In this document: positions 14,491-27,700 of the stretch, in pieces
How the letters are laid out: each line of letters opens with the position of its first letter
Position numbering within the stretch: the stretch's first letter is position 1
DNA from: Lytechinus pictus
Lineage: Eukaryota
Direction: 5' to 3'
Length of the DNA: 64,000 nucleotides
Assembly (NCBI RefSeq): GCF_037042905.1
Contig: NC_087251.1
Location: 32,056,001 to 32,120,000, forward strand
Notes under the pieces: model-generated
What the model was told of the DNA's origin: nothing
The model's database searches: none
Seen by the model: the letters and a program-made list of their open reading frames with translations, nothing else
Made by a program: the position numbers and the translations under genes

Positions 14491-14750
14491 ATGTTCTTGT
14501 TCATCATCATCCTGTTCTTGTTCATCATCATCCTCAATCTCACTGTCCGAATCTTGAGTAAAATGTTTATCTTCATCGATATCCGACTCAACCACCTGTA
14601 TTGCTATGGGTGGGACAGTGTTGAGATGACATGGGGCTCATCATGCTCCGACTCCGAATCTGAATCCATGACAAAAGCAGGTGACTCCGAAGAGCCCGCC
14701 AGTATAAGTTCACGAGCTTCATCTACGGAAAATAACCTCCTCGGAGCCAT
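14490..14750 (-). pseudogene. Frameshifted acidic N-terminus resembling a piggyBac-type (PGBD4-like) transposase
   Basis: MAPRRLFSVDEARELILAGSSES...SDSESEHDE, then a frameshift to ESDIDED...DSDSEIEDDDEQEQDDDEQE; acceptor tttttttacAG just upstream of the ATG. Confidence 0.45.
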
Positions 14751-15562
14751 GATGGCAATACTAAAAGAGCTGTAAAAAAACGTGTTTTTCTCCAAAATTT
14801 GCAATGTAAATCTGTAGTGAAAACGACTGCATACGAAAGCCTTGTGAGTGGATAATAACAAAAACTGAACGAAAACCGCCACCTCCGGGGAAATCAACAC
14901 AATTCGCACAAATACAATGGACTGAATGTTTGAGCGTGAAATGTGAAGATACTCCGAATGACAAAAACGTCCATTCAGAAGCTGCCCCCTCGCAAGACCC
15001 CTGTGACGAAACATCTCAGTTCCCTAGCCATGCCAAAATTGTTCAGCGCGAGCACCGCATGCGAGAGCTGCACGCACGGCTTCACAACTCCCTCCGTTGG
15101 CAGCTCCATACACCGCTAGTGCCTACATGCACAGCGCTAGCATGCACCGTACCCGCTGTGCCGCGATACCGTTCCATAGACCGTTTTCACACCATGACCC
15201 CATATTTTACCCTTGTGGTCAGTTCTTTAGACCCCCATTTCAGGGTTTCATCAGGCACACCCCCATCAAAATATAATTTGGGTGCCCCCCCCCCCCCGGA
15301 CTTGTAAAAGCAGATTTGTGCATGTGGTACCTGGGATGGTGATATCCTTTGATTTAGGGTCACTCACAAGGTCAGTGGTCATATTGATCAACATTTGAAA
15401 ATTTTAGAAGTCTGAATATATAATATATTTCTGATCAGGTAATGGCATTGTCATAAATTTCAACTACACAGTTAAAAATATAATGAGTTGACAACTTTTT
15501 GATTTGAGTACTTTTTGGGGCAAAATAGTGTCATTGACATTGTTTCTTATTTATTTCTTCAG

Positions 15563-15764
15563 GGGCTCAGTAGCTGAAATAATGATGTCCTGGGTACAGA
15601 AGTGTGTTGCTCGGAGTTCATTGCTGACTAAACGGATATGCAAATTGCAGAAGAGACAAGTTCAGCGATGTATTTGCTCTGGAGGAATCTGGAACAAACT
15701 CAGTATACATACAGTGAAACAGTGGATGCCAAGTTCAACCACCATAAGATGGAGTCATACATTG
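15563..15764 (+). CDS. BBOX-like coding exon 1 (ATG at 15582; presequence-like MMSWVQKCVARSSLL...IRWSHTL)
   Basis: Acceptor ttatttcttcAG ends at 15562; donor GTAATA at 15765; phase 0 joins the next exon in frame. Confidence 0.75.
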
Positions 15765-18700
15765 GTAATATGTTCATCTAACCCATTATTGTTTCTTGTA
15801 AATGTTGGCTTTTGATGATTTCTGCAATAGAATAAATGCTGTTCTCAAAATTGGTAGAAAATAACCCAACCTTTTTCTTTTTTTTGAGTGTTGAATGTAG
15901 ACAACAACATTATAATGTTCAGCGAAAACCAAAGTTGATTGAATGTAAGCAAACTGTATTGAATGTAATATTTTTAGCACATGACTTCACAATGAATTAC
16001 CTTGAACATGACAAAACTTGAACATTTTAAATATGTACATTTTCTGGTAGGGTTCATTAACGTTTGAGCACCACTATTTATACCTCATGTCTCCTCATAT
16101 GAAATGAAATTGATACAGTTTAACGGGCCGAATCCCCACTTCATGTTTGAACTGGTTTCAGAACTAATGACTGTCAATCTGACATTGTCAAACTTATTTA
16201 TTAAGACAGTTCAAAATGCAGACTTTACACTCTACAGACATGAGAAAAATTCATCCATGAAGAAAAATTCTCGTAATTTGTGTAATCACTGTTGACTATA
16301 TTTTCCTTTCCACGTAGGGTCCAAGTTCAGCAGGAAAATTGATGAATCCCAGTCTCGTCATTGACCAACTGAGCTCTGACAATGATAACAAAATTCTGAT
16401 TTTCACTTGGTCTGATGGTGTAGTGAGTAGGTAAGAAAATCAAAATGTTAATTTCTCATGCTAAGTATGAGCTACATGTACTCATATATTTGTGGAGTAT
16501 TGTGGCCCAGTGGATTAGTCTCCGGACTTTGAAACAGAGGGTCGTGGCTTCGAATCCCAGCCATAACGTAATTTCCTTCGGCAAGAAATTTATCCACATT
16601 GTGCTGTTCTTGACCCAGGTGAGGTGAATGGGTGCCCGGTATGATTTATTCCTTGAACGCTTTAGCGCCTATTAATATGGCGGCTCAGCTACGGCAGGGG
16701 TAATAATATGATACCAAGTATCAAAGCGCAGTTGAGTATATGCACATAGTAACTGCGCTATATAAATGGACATATTATTATTATATATTTGCCCATATTT
16801 GACTTGTATTGAGTGAGCATGTGTGTCTGCAAGCTAATTTGATTCAAGTTGAATCCATTAATCATTCTTGATCTGAATCCCCAGCTCAGGGGCCAGTAAT
16901 AGAAACTTAAAGGAGAATGAAACTCATGGAGCAAGTTAGCTTTTGTGAAAGCAGAAAAATCAAAGAATATAAGATCAACAAAAGTTTGAGTAAAATAGGA
17001 CTACCAATAGAAGAGAATTATGAGCATATGAATGTCGAGATCACTAATGCTATGGAGATCCTCCCATTGGCAATGCGACCAAGATCTATGATGTCACAGA
17101 TGAACAACTCTACCCTTTTGGACACTGAAAATATACCCCAAAACATCTCTTTTTGCTCATTCTAATCATATGACAAACGATTCATCAATGATATAATGTT
17201 GTGAAACCTCTGTACTTGTTCTCTCATAAAGAGACCACCTCACCTTGTGATAGACTCTATAAAAGTGAGAATATAAGTGAAATAAGTACTAAAGTAATGA
17301 GGGAGTTGTACGTGTGTGACATCACAGATCTTGGTCGCATTGCCAATGGGAGGATCTACATGGCATTAGTGATCTCAATATTCAAATGCTCATAACTTTC
17401 TTATTATTCATTCAATCTTCCTCAAACTTTCAACAATATGTTTCTTTGATTTTTCTCTTTGATATGGATTCAGCTGGTTTCAAGGGTTTCATTCTCCTTT
17501 AAGTAATGGATTGTATAGTTTATGTGTACATGTGGTTGTGCATCATGTTCAAAGTTAACCAGTCCTATGATAACTCTACATACAATACAATACAATACAT
17601 GTTACATTTATAGCGCATTACATTTACATTTCAATGCGCTTTACAAATAAATTATTAAAGCATACAAACAAGATAATTATGTAATACATTAAAATATATA
17701 CATAACAGTTATGAGACTAGGAAAAAATACATATGTATATTAACAATAACTACATTATGAACAACTAGCTAAAAAGAAAACAAAAATGTTTTTAGTCTGC
17801 TTTTGAAGGCCTCAATGGAAGGAGCATCACAGATTTGGGTTGGAAGTCTATTCCAGAGAGTGGGTACGATCGAGGAGAAGGCGCGATCACCATATCTCGT
17901 GCAGGTGTGTGGTCCAGGTGCGAGGTCTAGGTGTGCAAGTGCCGATGAACGAAGAGTACGGGAACCTGAAGTTGACTTGGATGTGATCAGTGAAGTGAGA
18001 TAGGATCTTGAATTGTAGCCTTTTCTCAATTGGAAGCTAGTGCAAGGATTGGAGAATCAGGGTGATGTGTTCAAATTTCCTTGAGCATGTGATGAGCCGA
18101 GCAGCGGTGTTTTGAATATGTTGCAATGGAGTTAGTTGAGTTTTGGGAAGTCCTACCAGAAGGCTATTACAATAATCGAGATGTGTTGTGACCAGGCATG
18201 GACCAGTCTCTCCGCACTCGCATTATTTAGATACTTCCTTATCTTTCCTATTTTGGATATTCCAAATCCTGCAGACCGACAAGTGTTTCTTATATTCTGT
18301 CTCGTAGTCAGCTTGTCATCAAGTGTGACGCCAAGATTACTCACAGTTTCAGATGTAGAACTATCACCAATCTGCACAGCGGATAGTGGTGTAGTCTTCC
18401 TAAACTGTGAGGTGACATGGAGAATCTCAGTTTTACACCCGTTTAGCATGAGCTGGTTGTCCGCTGACCACCGTTGAACATGCTTGTAAACACGATCACT
18501 TCAGTTTAACTTTACCTAGGCTCATATAATTTGGTGTGTATGATACTAGCATGGATCCCAGGAAGCCTATCGATTTTTAGGTCAAAGGTCATGGTCACAG
18601 TGACATGCTTTCATCTTACTTTCATTTTTTTAGTGGTTTTGATACCAGCATAGATCCCAGGAATCTTATCAATTTTGAGGTCAAAAGGTCAAAGGCCAAG

Positions 18701-21700
18701 GTCACAGTGACATGCTTTCATCTTACTTTAATTTTTTTAGTGTGTTTGATACCAGCATAGATCCAAGGAATCTTATCAATTTTGAGGTCAAAAGGTCAAA
18801 GGCTAAGGTCACAGTGACATGCTTTCATCTCACCCTTCTGCAGTCCTTGTAAATGAGATAACTTCTGTTTAACTTAACCTAGGCTCATATAATTTGGTGT
18901 GTATGATACTAGCATGGATCCCAGGAAGCCTATCGATTTTGAGGTCAAAGGTCATGGTCACAGTGACATGCTTTCATCTTACTTTCATTTTTTTAGTGGT
19001 TTTGATACCAGCATAGATCCCAGGTAGCCTATTAATTTTGAGGTCAGAAGGTCGAAGGTGAAGTCGCCACCTTCCACTTTTCTTGCTGACCGGTTGTTGA
19101 AGTTTTTGTGCAATTTGCTCTCATTTCTTCTGCATAAATTTTGATCACACTTGGTTCAAATGATAATTGGGTAATACCACATGTGTTATTAAGGATGATG
19201 GGGTCAAAGGTCATCTAAGGGTCAAAATATCATTTTTGTCTCACCTGCGAAGCAGAGTGAGACTATAGGCGCCGCTTTTCCGACGGCGGCGGCGTCAACA
19301 CCAAATCTTAACCGAAGGTTAAGTTTTTGAAATGACAGCATAACTTAAAAAGTATATGAACCTAGTTCATGAAACTTGGCCATAAGGTTAATCAAGTATT
19401 ACTGAACATCCTGCCTTAGTTTCAGGTCACATGACCAAGGTCAAAGGTCATTTAGGGTCAATGAACTTAGACCGGGTTGGGGGAATCAACATCAAAATCT
19501 TAACCTAAGGTTAAGTTTTTGAAATGTCATAACTTAGAAAATATATGGACCTAGTTCATGAAACACTCCTGTTCATGTGCATATTGGTCATATCTCTGTC
19601 TCGTCAAGATTTTTCTTTTTGTCCTATTCAGATACAATACATCGTGGTTGAGGATAAACTGTCATTGCAGTGCATGTAAACAGCCTGATTCAGGTCAAAG
19701 GTTAATCAATATTACAGACTTTCCTGCTCATCTCACAATTCAAACATCATCTTATCAACATGGTTCGTATATTACTTGTCTTTTTTTTCCTCATAGACTT
19801 GGCAATGATTAATTCGATCAGGGGGATATATTATAAGCCCATGTACATTGTAAGTGTTTCATTTACCAAAATGTTCATTGACGATGGTTTAGCACATAAG
19901 AAAGGATCACCAGTCATTCTTAAAATCGCTCTTAACTTACGAACAGCTTTATGAAATGGGCACCAGATTTCATTTAAATTTTGGTCTGAATCTATGATTT
20001 AATTTTCGGGGATTAAATATGGGACAGCATCATCAGCATATTTAAAATATTTATAAAAAAAAAATAATATCACATTAAATGAGCACTTTACAGAGTTTAT
20101 TTTTGCAATATGGTCGGGTTGATGAAATTGCAAAATGATTATGCTATTAGTGGTCGTTTTAATGCATGTTTAATATTTTGACTCTGCAGTAGTTCTTCAT
20201 CATTTGCAGTTTCCTTTCTCTTGACATGGGTTTTTTATATGAAATATACATGATAAGAGTGAAAAATATTTTTTAAAATTTATTTATCATTCATTCATTA
20301 TTGCCTTTTTTGGGGGGGGGGGATTGAGGGATTTAATCTGAATAAAAGAATAAAAAAAACATGTTGTTGGTTACACATCAAAGGTAGAAGATAATGAACA
20401 AAACTTATTATGAAAAAAACAATGCACAACAAAGGTTAGTATATTTTTTAATTTTAATGATAAGAAAAACATATATTTTCAGTAGCGTTGTTGCTGACTA
20501 TCTACTTCTAGAGATACATGCACTACTTTGAAATCAAAGTCAATTAGTTTGTGTATTTATATCCTAGGTAATAAATGATATGCTACTCTTTTTGGTCCAA
20601 TATAGCAGAATTAATTTATACACATTAATTTTTCTCATACAGATGGAGAATCTGGTTTTATAAGAGTGAAATTTATTGAAGAAGATGATCACGAATGCAT
20701 TATTCCTGTGACTTGGTTGAAGCAGCATAGTTATTCTCCGATTGACCTTGAGGTCAAAGCAAGGTTACGGGATGTCAAATATCTAGATGTGAGTTGAGAC
20801 TGTTTGAATCTTATCAGATGAACAATAGGTTATCAGTAATATGTTATGTATATTTAAAAATCTTGTGAATTTCTTATTTGTGTAACCAGCAGAATTAGAG
20901 TATACTTCAGATAAAACAAATAAAAGATGGATTGATATCCTCAAGTGAGAATAAGAAAGAATAAATAAGAATATGAAGCCCATAGTAGTTTTTGCTTTTT
21001 AAAATTTTATTTTACAAATATACTGTCCATTCAGCTCTTTGTATCTCACTTTTTGTATCTGGTTTCATTGTAAAACTCCCATCGTCTAGAGTACCATTAA
21101 AAGTTTTGGATGGGCGGATGTCACAAGTTCAGAAAGTGACTTATTTGAGTAAGTATCATGGGTGGTGTTTCACAAAGATTTAAGGGTCGCTTTCAATTGC
21201 ATACGATTTTTAACTCATCACCGCAATAGTAAGATCATGTGCACAGGAAGCACACTACCGTGTTGATTTCTTGATTTCTCTTTTTTTTTGGGGGGGGGGG
21301 TGAAAATTAAAAACCAAGAAAATATATTATTTCTTACTTACGTTAGTTCTACTTTGATTGGGATTTGGATTTTGGAATCATATTGTAAACCATTGCATCC
21401 CAATAAGAAGTTGCTTCAGTACTCTTTGTTACTGATTTCTTACTGACAGATGCATTTATTTTATGTTGTAAATCCTGTCCATTTTAACCTCTTCCATGCC
21501 AACAAATTTAGGATCATGTGTCCACAACAGTATAGATTGATTTTTTCATTTTCAAGAAAAAAAAAGCAAAGTGATGTTTTTGTTTTTTATGAAAAACATG
21601 TCACCTCGAGGTTTCTGGGTGAAGTATTTGTCACTCAAATGTATGCGCATGTTTTGCCAGCCAGTTGTTAGCATTTTGTATTAAACTTCAGAATCTTTAT

Positions 21701-24700
21701 TAGGGGCATATTTATACTGGAGGAAAATTAAAATTTGGATGACGATCCAAATTTCATTTTTGCTACTGTTCACTCACAACCAAAAATTGTGATTTAGATC
21801 GCAAGGAAGGTATGAATCAAAATACTATCTGATAATCTATTTTTCTGATTTTGAATCTGACTGCAAGAATGGAATATTGAGCAAAAATTGATCCTAATTT
21901 TGTTATTTTAAACAGAAATATTACCATATATTCATAATTTGTATCACGAATAGAATATTAAAAAAAATCAAACCTTTGAAGAAAAAATAATGTTTTGTTC
22001 ATAGAGAATATTTCACAATTTTTTTTTACATTTGTTTTTGCAGTAAAAATTAAGAAAACTTAACACTTTATTTTTGATTTTTTTTCTGTTCACTCATGCA
22101 AAAAGATTTGATATTTAAATTGTGCCAAATATTGTTTTTCAAATTAATCTTTTTGTTGTGTTTATGAATGCCATTTTGATTGATGTTGTATTACAGGTGG
22201 CTTGATCATCTGAATACATATGGTGTGACAATACTGAACAATGTACCCTTGAATCACGAATCAGTTACAAAGGTAAGAAGCTATTTTATAATCAAATCTA
22301 ATCACATTGACTTTCCAGGTTTTCATGTGAAAAACAGAACATTTTAACAAGAAATACAAAGCTCCAGGCATCATTTAATTTGTGAAACACACACCTCTTT
22401 ATTTTGCCTTGCCTGCATAGAAGAAGTGAGATATGGGCGCTGCTTTTCCAACAGCGGCAGTGACTACGCCATCATCATCATTGAAATCTTAACCAAGGTG
22501 TTTGAAATTTCATTGTAACTTTGAAATCATAAGGACATATTTCATGAAACTTGCACATAAGGGTATCTAAATATCACTTATCATCTTCAATGAGTTTCAG
22601 GTCACATGATGAAGGTCAAAGGTTATTTAGGGTGAATGAACCTTGGCCATGTTTAATGATTTTAATTTTCAAGATAATTCTCTCGTGCTGTTTGTAAACA
22701 GACATGTTTATGAAATACAAGATTTATATTATGGTAAATTATGCTCTAAGGTGTGTTTTAACATAATTTTTACAAAGAATGTTAAAAGCATAAAAGTGAA
22801 TTTGAAAATGAGTAGGGCCTACCTGACTAAAGATGTATAAATATAACTTATTCTTTTTTTTTCTTTTTGCACAGGTTGCTAACCTGATCGGGCCAGTTAC
22901 AGAGACTCTGTATGGACCTGTAAGTGCTATACTGTAATGCTTTTTATACAAATGTTGCAACTCTTTAATGATTGTTTTCATGTTGTTTCCAAACGAGTTA
23001 CATGCTCATGTGATACTGAAGAGCCTCTCTTTACGTAAAGAATATTATTTCCAAAACACTGGAACTCAAGTCTTCCATAGCTTGGATCTACAATTTTACT
23101 AAGAAAGGATATACAGTAGTAGGCAATGACTGTGTTGCGTTCTTGTGTCACTGTGTAAACCATGACACTTGTAAGGGGAAGAAATTATTGAAGCCCTTGG
23201 TTCAGAATTCACCCTAAAACTTGCACCTGAAATATAGGTCTATTCTAAAATTCCAGGAATGAATCTAGTTTTCTCATGTGGAAAGTGGAATATTTGTGCT
23301 GGCTCCTTAAAATCCTTTGACCACGTTTGACTGCAGTGATTTCAGCCGTGTTACTAGTTTTGATTTGTAAATCTACCAATTGTTAAGTATTTTTTTAGCT
23401 TCTGAGATTTTATTTCTTTCGGTGGCACCCTTGTTTGTAGCAGCTGGTCAAAGTTACTTTTCTTTAGTTTGAAAATATTTGTTATTGTCTATAGCTTCTC
23501 AAACGTATATGTGGAAGTTGTTAAAAGGTCTCAGTCAGAGCAGTCAGTTTAGCCCAGACCATTATGACTTTGACAAATATATATTGATACATAGATTATG
23601 CATTACAAAGAAATTTATATACTTCAACACAAAACCTTTTAAAGAAAGAAGAGTAAAATATGAAATAAACAAAATCAGCATAAATGGTCAGCATGTGACA
23701 CTGACATGTTGTCCTTCTTTTGAGGGTTACACTTGTTCTTTGAACCTTAGTTGGTGCAAGGACTTCCAAAATAGTTTTCTGGGGTTGCAGTTGAATTCTC
23801 TTAGTATCACATAATTTGTTTTACAACTACAAAGAGAAATTGTGAGGCTTTAACTACATTGCCTCCTTAAGAACAGTTTTCTTTGTAAGAAGTAACAACA
23901 ATTCAGAGCGGAGTCATTGTATTCAGTTGAAATCTCCTAGTATCACAGTTTGTTTTACAACTGCAACTTGAATTTGTAGGCTTTGAGTACATTACCTCTT
24001 GAAGAACAGTTTCCTTCGTAATGAGGTAGCAGCCATTCTGATCAGAGTCATTGTATTCGGGGTTCGCAGTTGAATTCTCCTAGTATAACTGCCATCAAGT
24101 TATGCAGACAAAAGATCCAACGTTTAGACGGATGTTGAAATTCGAAACTTAAGTTAATTCATTCCAAACAGTGTCGTGAAACTGTAACAATAGAATGAAC
24201 AGTTCAAACAATTAATGTCATATCGAATATGTACATTGCAATAATATCTTTTCCGTATATTACTCAAGTCTTATTAAGTTATTCTTCCTCAACTGTGACA
24301 TTTCAAACAAGACATATACGAGCATATATGAAAACATTTCATATAATAATTCTTAACTATTTCTCATCATTCATAACCAATTGTTATGTCACTAAGTTTC
24401 AAGTACATTTACGTAATATAAACAAAAAACAAATCAATATCAATCACATAAATATCCATAACATATTCCATAATCATTAAAATAATATTACAATAAAACT
24501 AAGCATAAAGAATTAATCAATAATTTGTATCAGCAATATCATGTATAAGAAACACTTCTTTCGATCCAACTGGCTGGACAAGTTGGCTGGACATAAATAA
24601 ATTTTGGCAGTAAAGCTAAAACAAATTACAAAGAGGACCTGGAACGAAGGTCTCCTTCTAGGTCAAATAACAGCAAAATGACAAATTCAAGAACAGTTAT

Positions 24701-27700
24701 TTTGGGTTGTCATGGCACTTTGCGCCCATTGATATCATAAAATATAATCAAGAAAATATGTTATATACCTACTGATTTGGCATGTTAGACCGGAGAAAGT
24801 GTTGGAAAATATAGAATACTATTATACACAAGAATTATGATACAATTTGTTCGATTAACAATTTCAATATGTTCAAATAAGGAATTATCTTTTATTATAG
24901 AAAGAATCAGTAGTAAAAAGACTTGAAGCTAATTAGTAGATAATAAGGTAAAAACGCGCATCCACAAGGGGTGCGGGAAGCTGCCAAAATGAAATCGGAG
25001 GCAGCCACACCTAGTATCACATAATTTGTTTTACAACTGCAAAACAAATTGATAGCTTCAACTACATATTGCCTTTTTTAAGAACAGTTTTCTTCCTAAT
25101 GAGGTAATGGCCATTCTTATGGGAGTTATTATTTTCAGTTAAAAATTTCCCAATTTGCAGTTGAACTCTCCTAGTATCACATACATGTAGTTTGTTTTAC
25201 AACTACAATAAGAATTTGCAGGTTTTGAGTACATCGCCTCTTCAAGAACAGTTCTCTTTGAAACAAGGTAACAGCAATTCATATTGGAGTCATTTCATTC
25301 AGGTTGTGCAGTTGAAATCTCCTAGTATCACATAGTTTATTTTACAACTGCAATTAGAATTTGCAGGTTTTGACTACATTTACCTCCTTAACAGTCTTCC
25401 TTGTAAGGAGGTAACAGCGATTCATATAGGAGTCGATCAATTTATTCAGGTTGTGCAGTTGAAATCTCCTAGTATCACATAGTTTGTTTTACAACTGCAA
25501 TTAGAATTTGCAGGTTTTGAGTACATCGCCTCTTCAAGAACAGTTCTCTTTGAAACAAGGTAACAGCAATTCATATTGGAGTCATTTTATTCAGGCTGTG
25601 CATTTAAAATCTCCTAGTATCACATAGTTTGTTTTACAACTGCAATTAAAATTTGCAGGTTTTGACTACATTTACCTCCTTAACAGTTTTCCTTGTTTTC
25701 AACAAGGTAAGAGTGATTCATATCGGACTTATTGTATAAAGTTGAAATCTCCTAGTATCACATAATTTGTTTTACAGCAGCAACTTGAATTTGTTAAGAT
25801 TTAACTTTGTTACCTCTCAAAGAACAGTTTTCATGCTAATGAGGTAACAGCCATTCCTATGGGAATCATGTATTCATTTGAAATCTCCTACCATTGTTTT
25901 ACAAAGCAGCATGAATCTGTAGGTTTTGACTTTGTAGCGAGGCAACAGCATTTCATATTGGCGTCATTGTATGCAGTTGATATGTACCTTTAATTTGTTT
26001 CACAATTGAAGTTGAATGTGTAGGCTTTGTCTACGAGAACTTTTTTTTTCATAATGAGGTGACAGCGGGTCATACTTGAGTAATTTATTCAGGGATTGCA
26101 GTTCATTGCAGTATTACATAATATGTTTTACAATCACAACTTAAATATCTGGCTTTGACTTGATCGCCTCATTACAAACAGACAGTTTTCTTCCTGTTTG
26201 AGGTATCAGTCATTCCAATTGAAGCCATTGTATTCAGGGTTGTAACTGAAATCTCCTAGTAACACATGATTGGTTTCACGACTGCAACTTGATTTCATTG
26301 GCTCTGACTTCAATCAACCAGACAGTTCCCTCTCTAATAACGTAACAGCCATTCATTGAAGCCATTGAATTTTGGTTGCAATTAAATAAAATCTCTTATA
26401 ATAATATACTTCTATTTTTTTTTACGACTTGAAGTTGAATTCCTAGTCTCTTGACTACATTCAAAGAGACAGTTTTCATTCTGGCATGATAACAGCCAAT
26501 CATTCAAGCCTTTGTCAGGCTTCCAATGGTACTTGATCAAAACCTTATGGTTTTACCACAGAAATAAGCACTTGAATGAATTATTAGACAAGAAAGTAAA
26601 GCATACCTTGTTAATCAATACATTGTCATTGAAAAATGCTTTATAACATAGGAACGCAACATAACAGCACATTCCATATACATATCATGAACAAGAACTC
26701 GAGAAAATAGGACTCAAATAGATGGGACATGGTGATGAAAAGTAGGTTTGCAGCAAAGTCATCGACAATCCTGTTTTTGGTGATTACCAGGGAAATTGTT
26801 TTTGGATCTAATTTCCATGTTATGCAACCCACAAAATTGGTACATCACAAACTTGATTCTCTGTCATTGGAGACAGCATTACAGAGCAGCTATTAACTTT
26901 ACACCATAATGAACTTTGTAGCATGCTCTTTCGTTATGTGCCATGTCCATTTCTACTCTGCATTATTATTTTAAAAAATGTTCATTACATTTATGTGGTA
27001 GTTTCGTCACTTTTTTGTCTTTATGAGTTTGTTCCTTTATCATTAATCAGATAGGATGAGCTAATAAATGTCTCCAATAAATGTCTCCTTTGATAAAATG
27101 TTAGACTTCATGTGTACAAATATTTGCTCAGTCTTTCTGTGTGGATTGTCTTGTCTCTTAGTGTTATATAAAGTATGATTGGTTCCAAAGGGACAGATCT
27201 ATACAAATGCTGCATCATATCACTCTTGATCAGGATTGAAAAAAAAACCCAACAATGATGATTTGAATGAACAAGCAAATTAAACTTTTGAAGATGGAAC
27301 CATATATATTATGTATCTGAAATAAAGGGGAATATTCACATATCACCTTTTCAAGTATTTAATTCTACATTATAAAATATATATATCATTATTTCTAAAT
27401 TATTGGCATTTCATGACTTTCAGAGCCTATCCTTATATCTCTTTTCCCTTCTTTTGCTGTTGTTCTTCCACATTTTCCAGAGTTTTGATGTAAGATCAGA
27501 GGATAAACCTATCAATGTTGCATACAGCTCAGTAAGCCTTGGTTTCCATATAGACTTAGCCTATTACGAGTCTCCGCCTGGTCTTCAGCTTCTACACTGC
27601 TTACAGTAAGTACCAGTTTATACAGGCTTTAAAGCAGATGTAGACTATTTGTGCTGCTTTTCTGACAGCGATGATGGCAGCGGCATCATTAACATTGGAA

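Noticed and set aside
13754..14591. Hydrophobic minus-strand ORFs (up to 266 aa)
   Set aside because: Derived from purine-rich low-complexity DNA.
17201..17395. Duplicated 64-aa ORF (also 56679-56873)
   Set aside because: Lies within a non-autonomous MITE; similarity reflects repeat copies rather than coding constraint.
20911..20944. Alternative small exon (cag ATAAAACAA...TCAA gtgaga)
   Set aside because: Wrong phase for joining exon 6; 21090-21148 fits both phase and family pattern.
23784..26500. Regularly spaced conserved motif resembling a CRISPR array
   Set aside because: The intervening sequences are homologous to each other, the context is eukaryotic and no cas genes are present.
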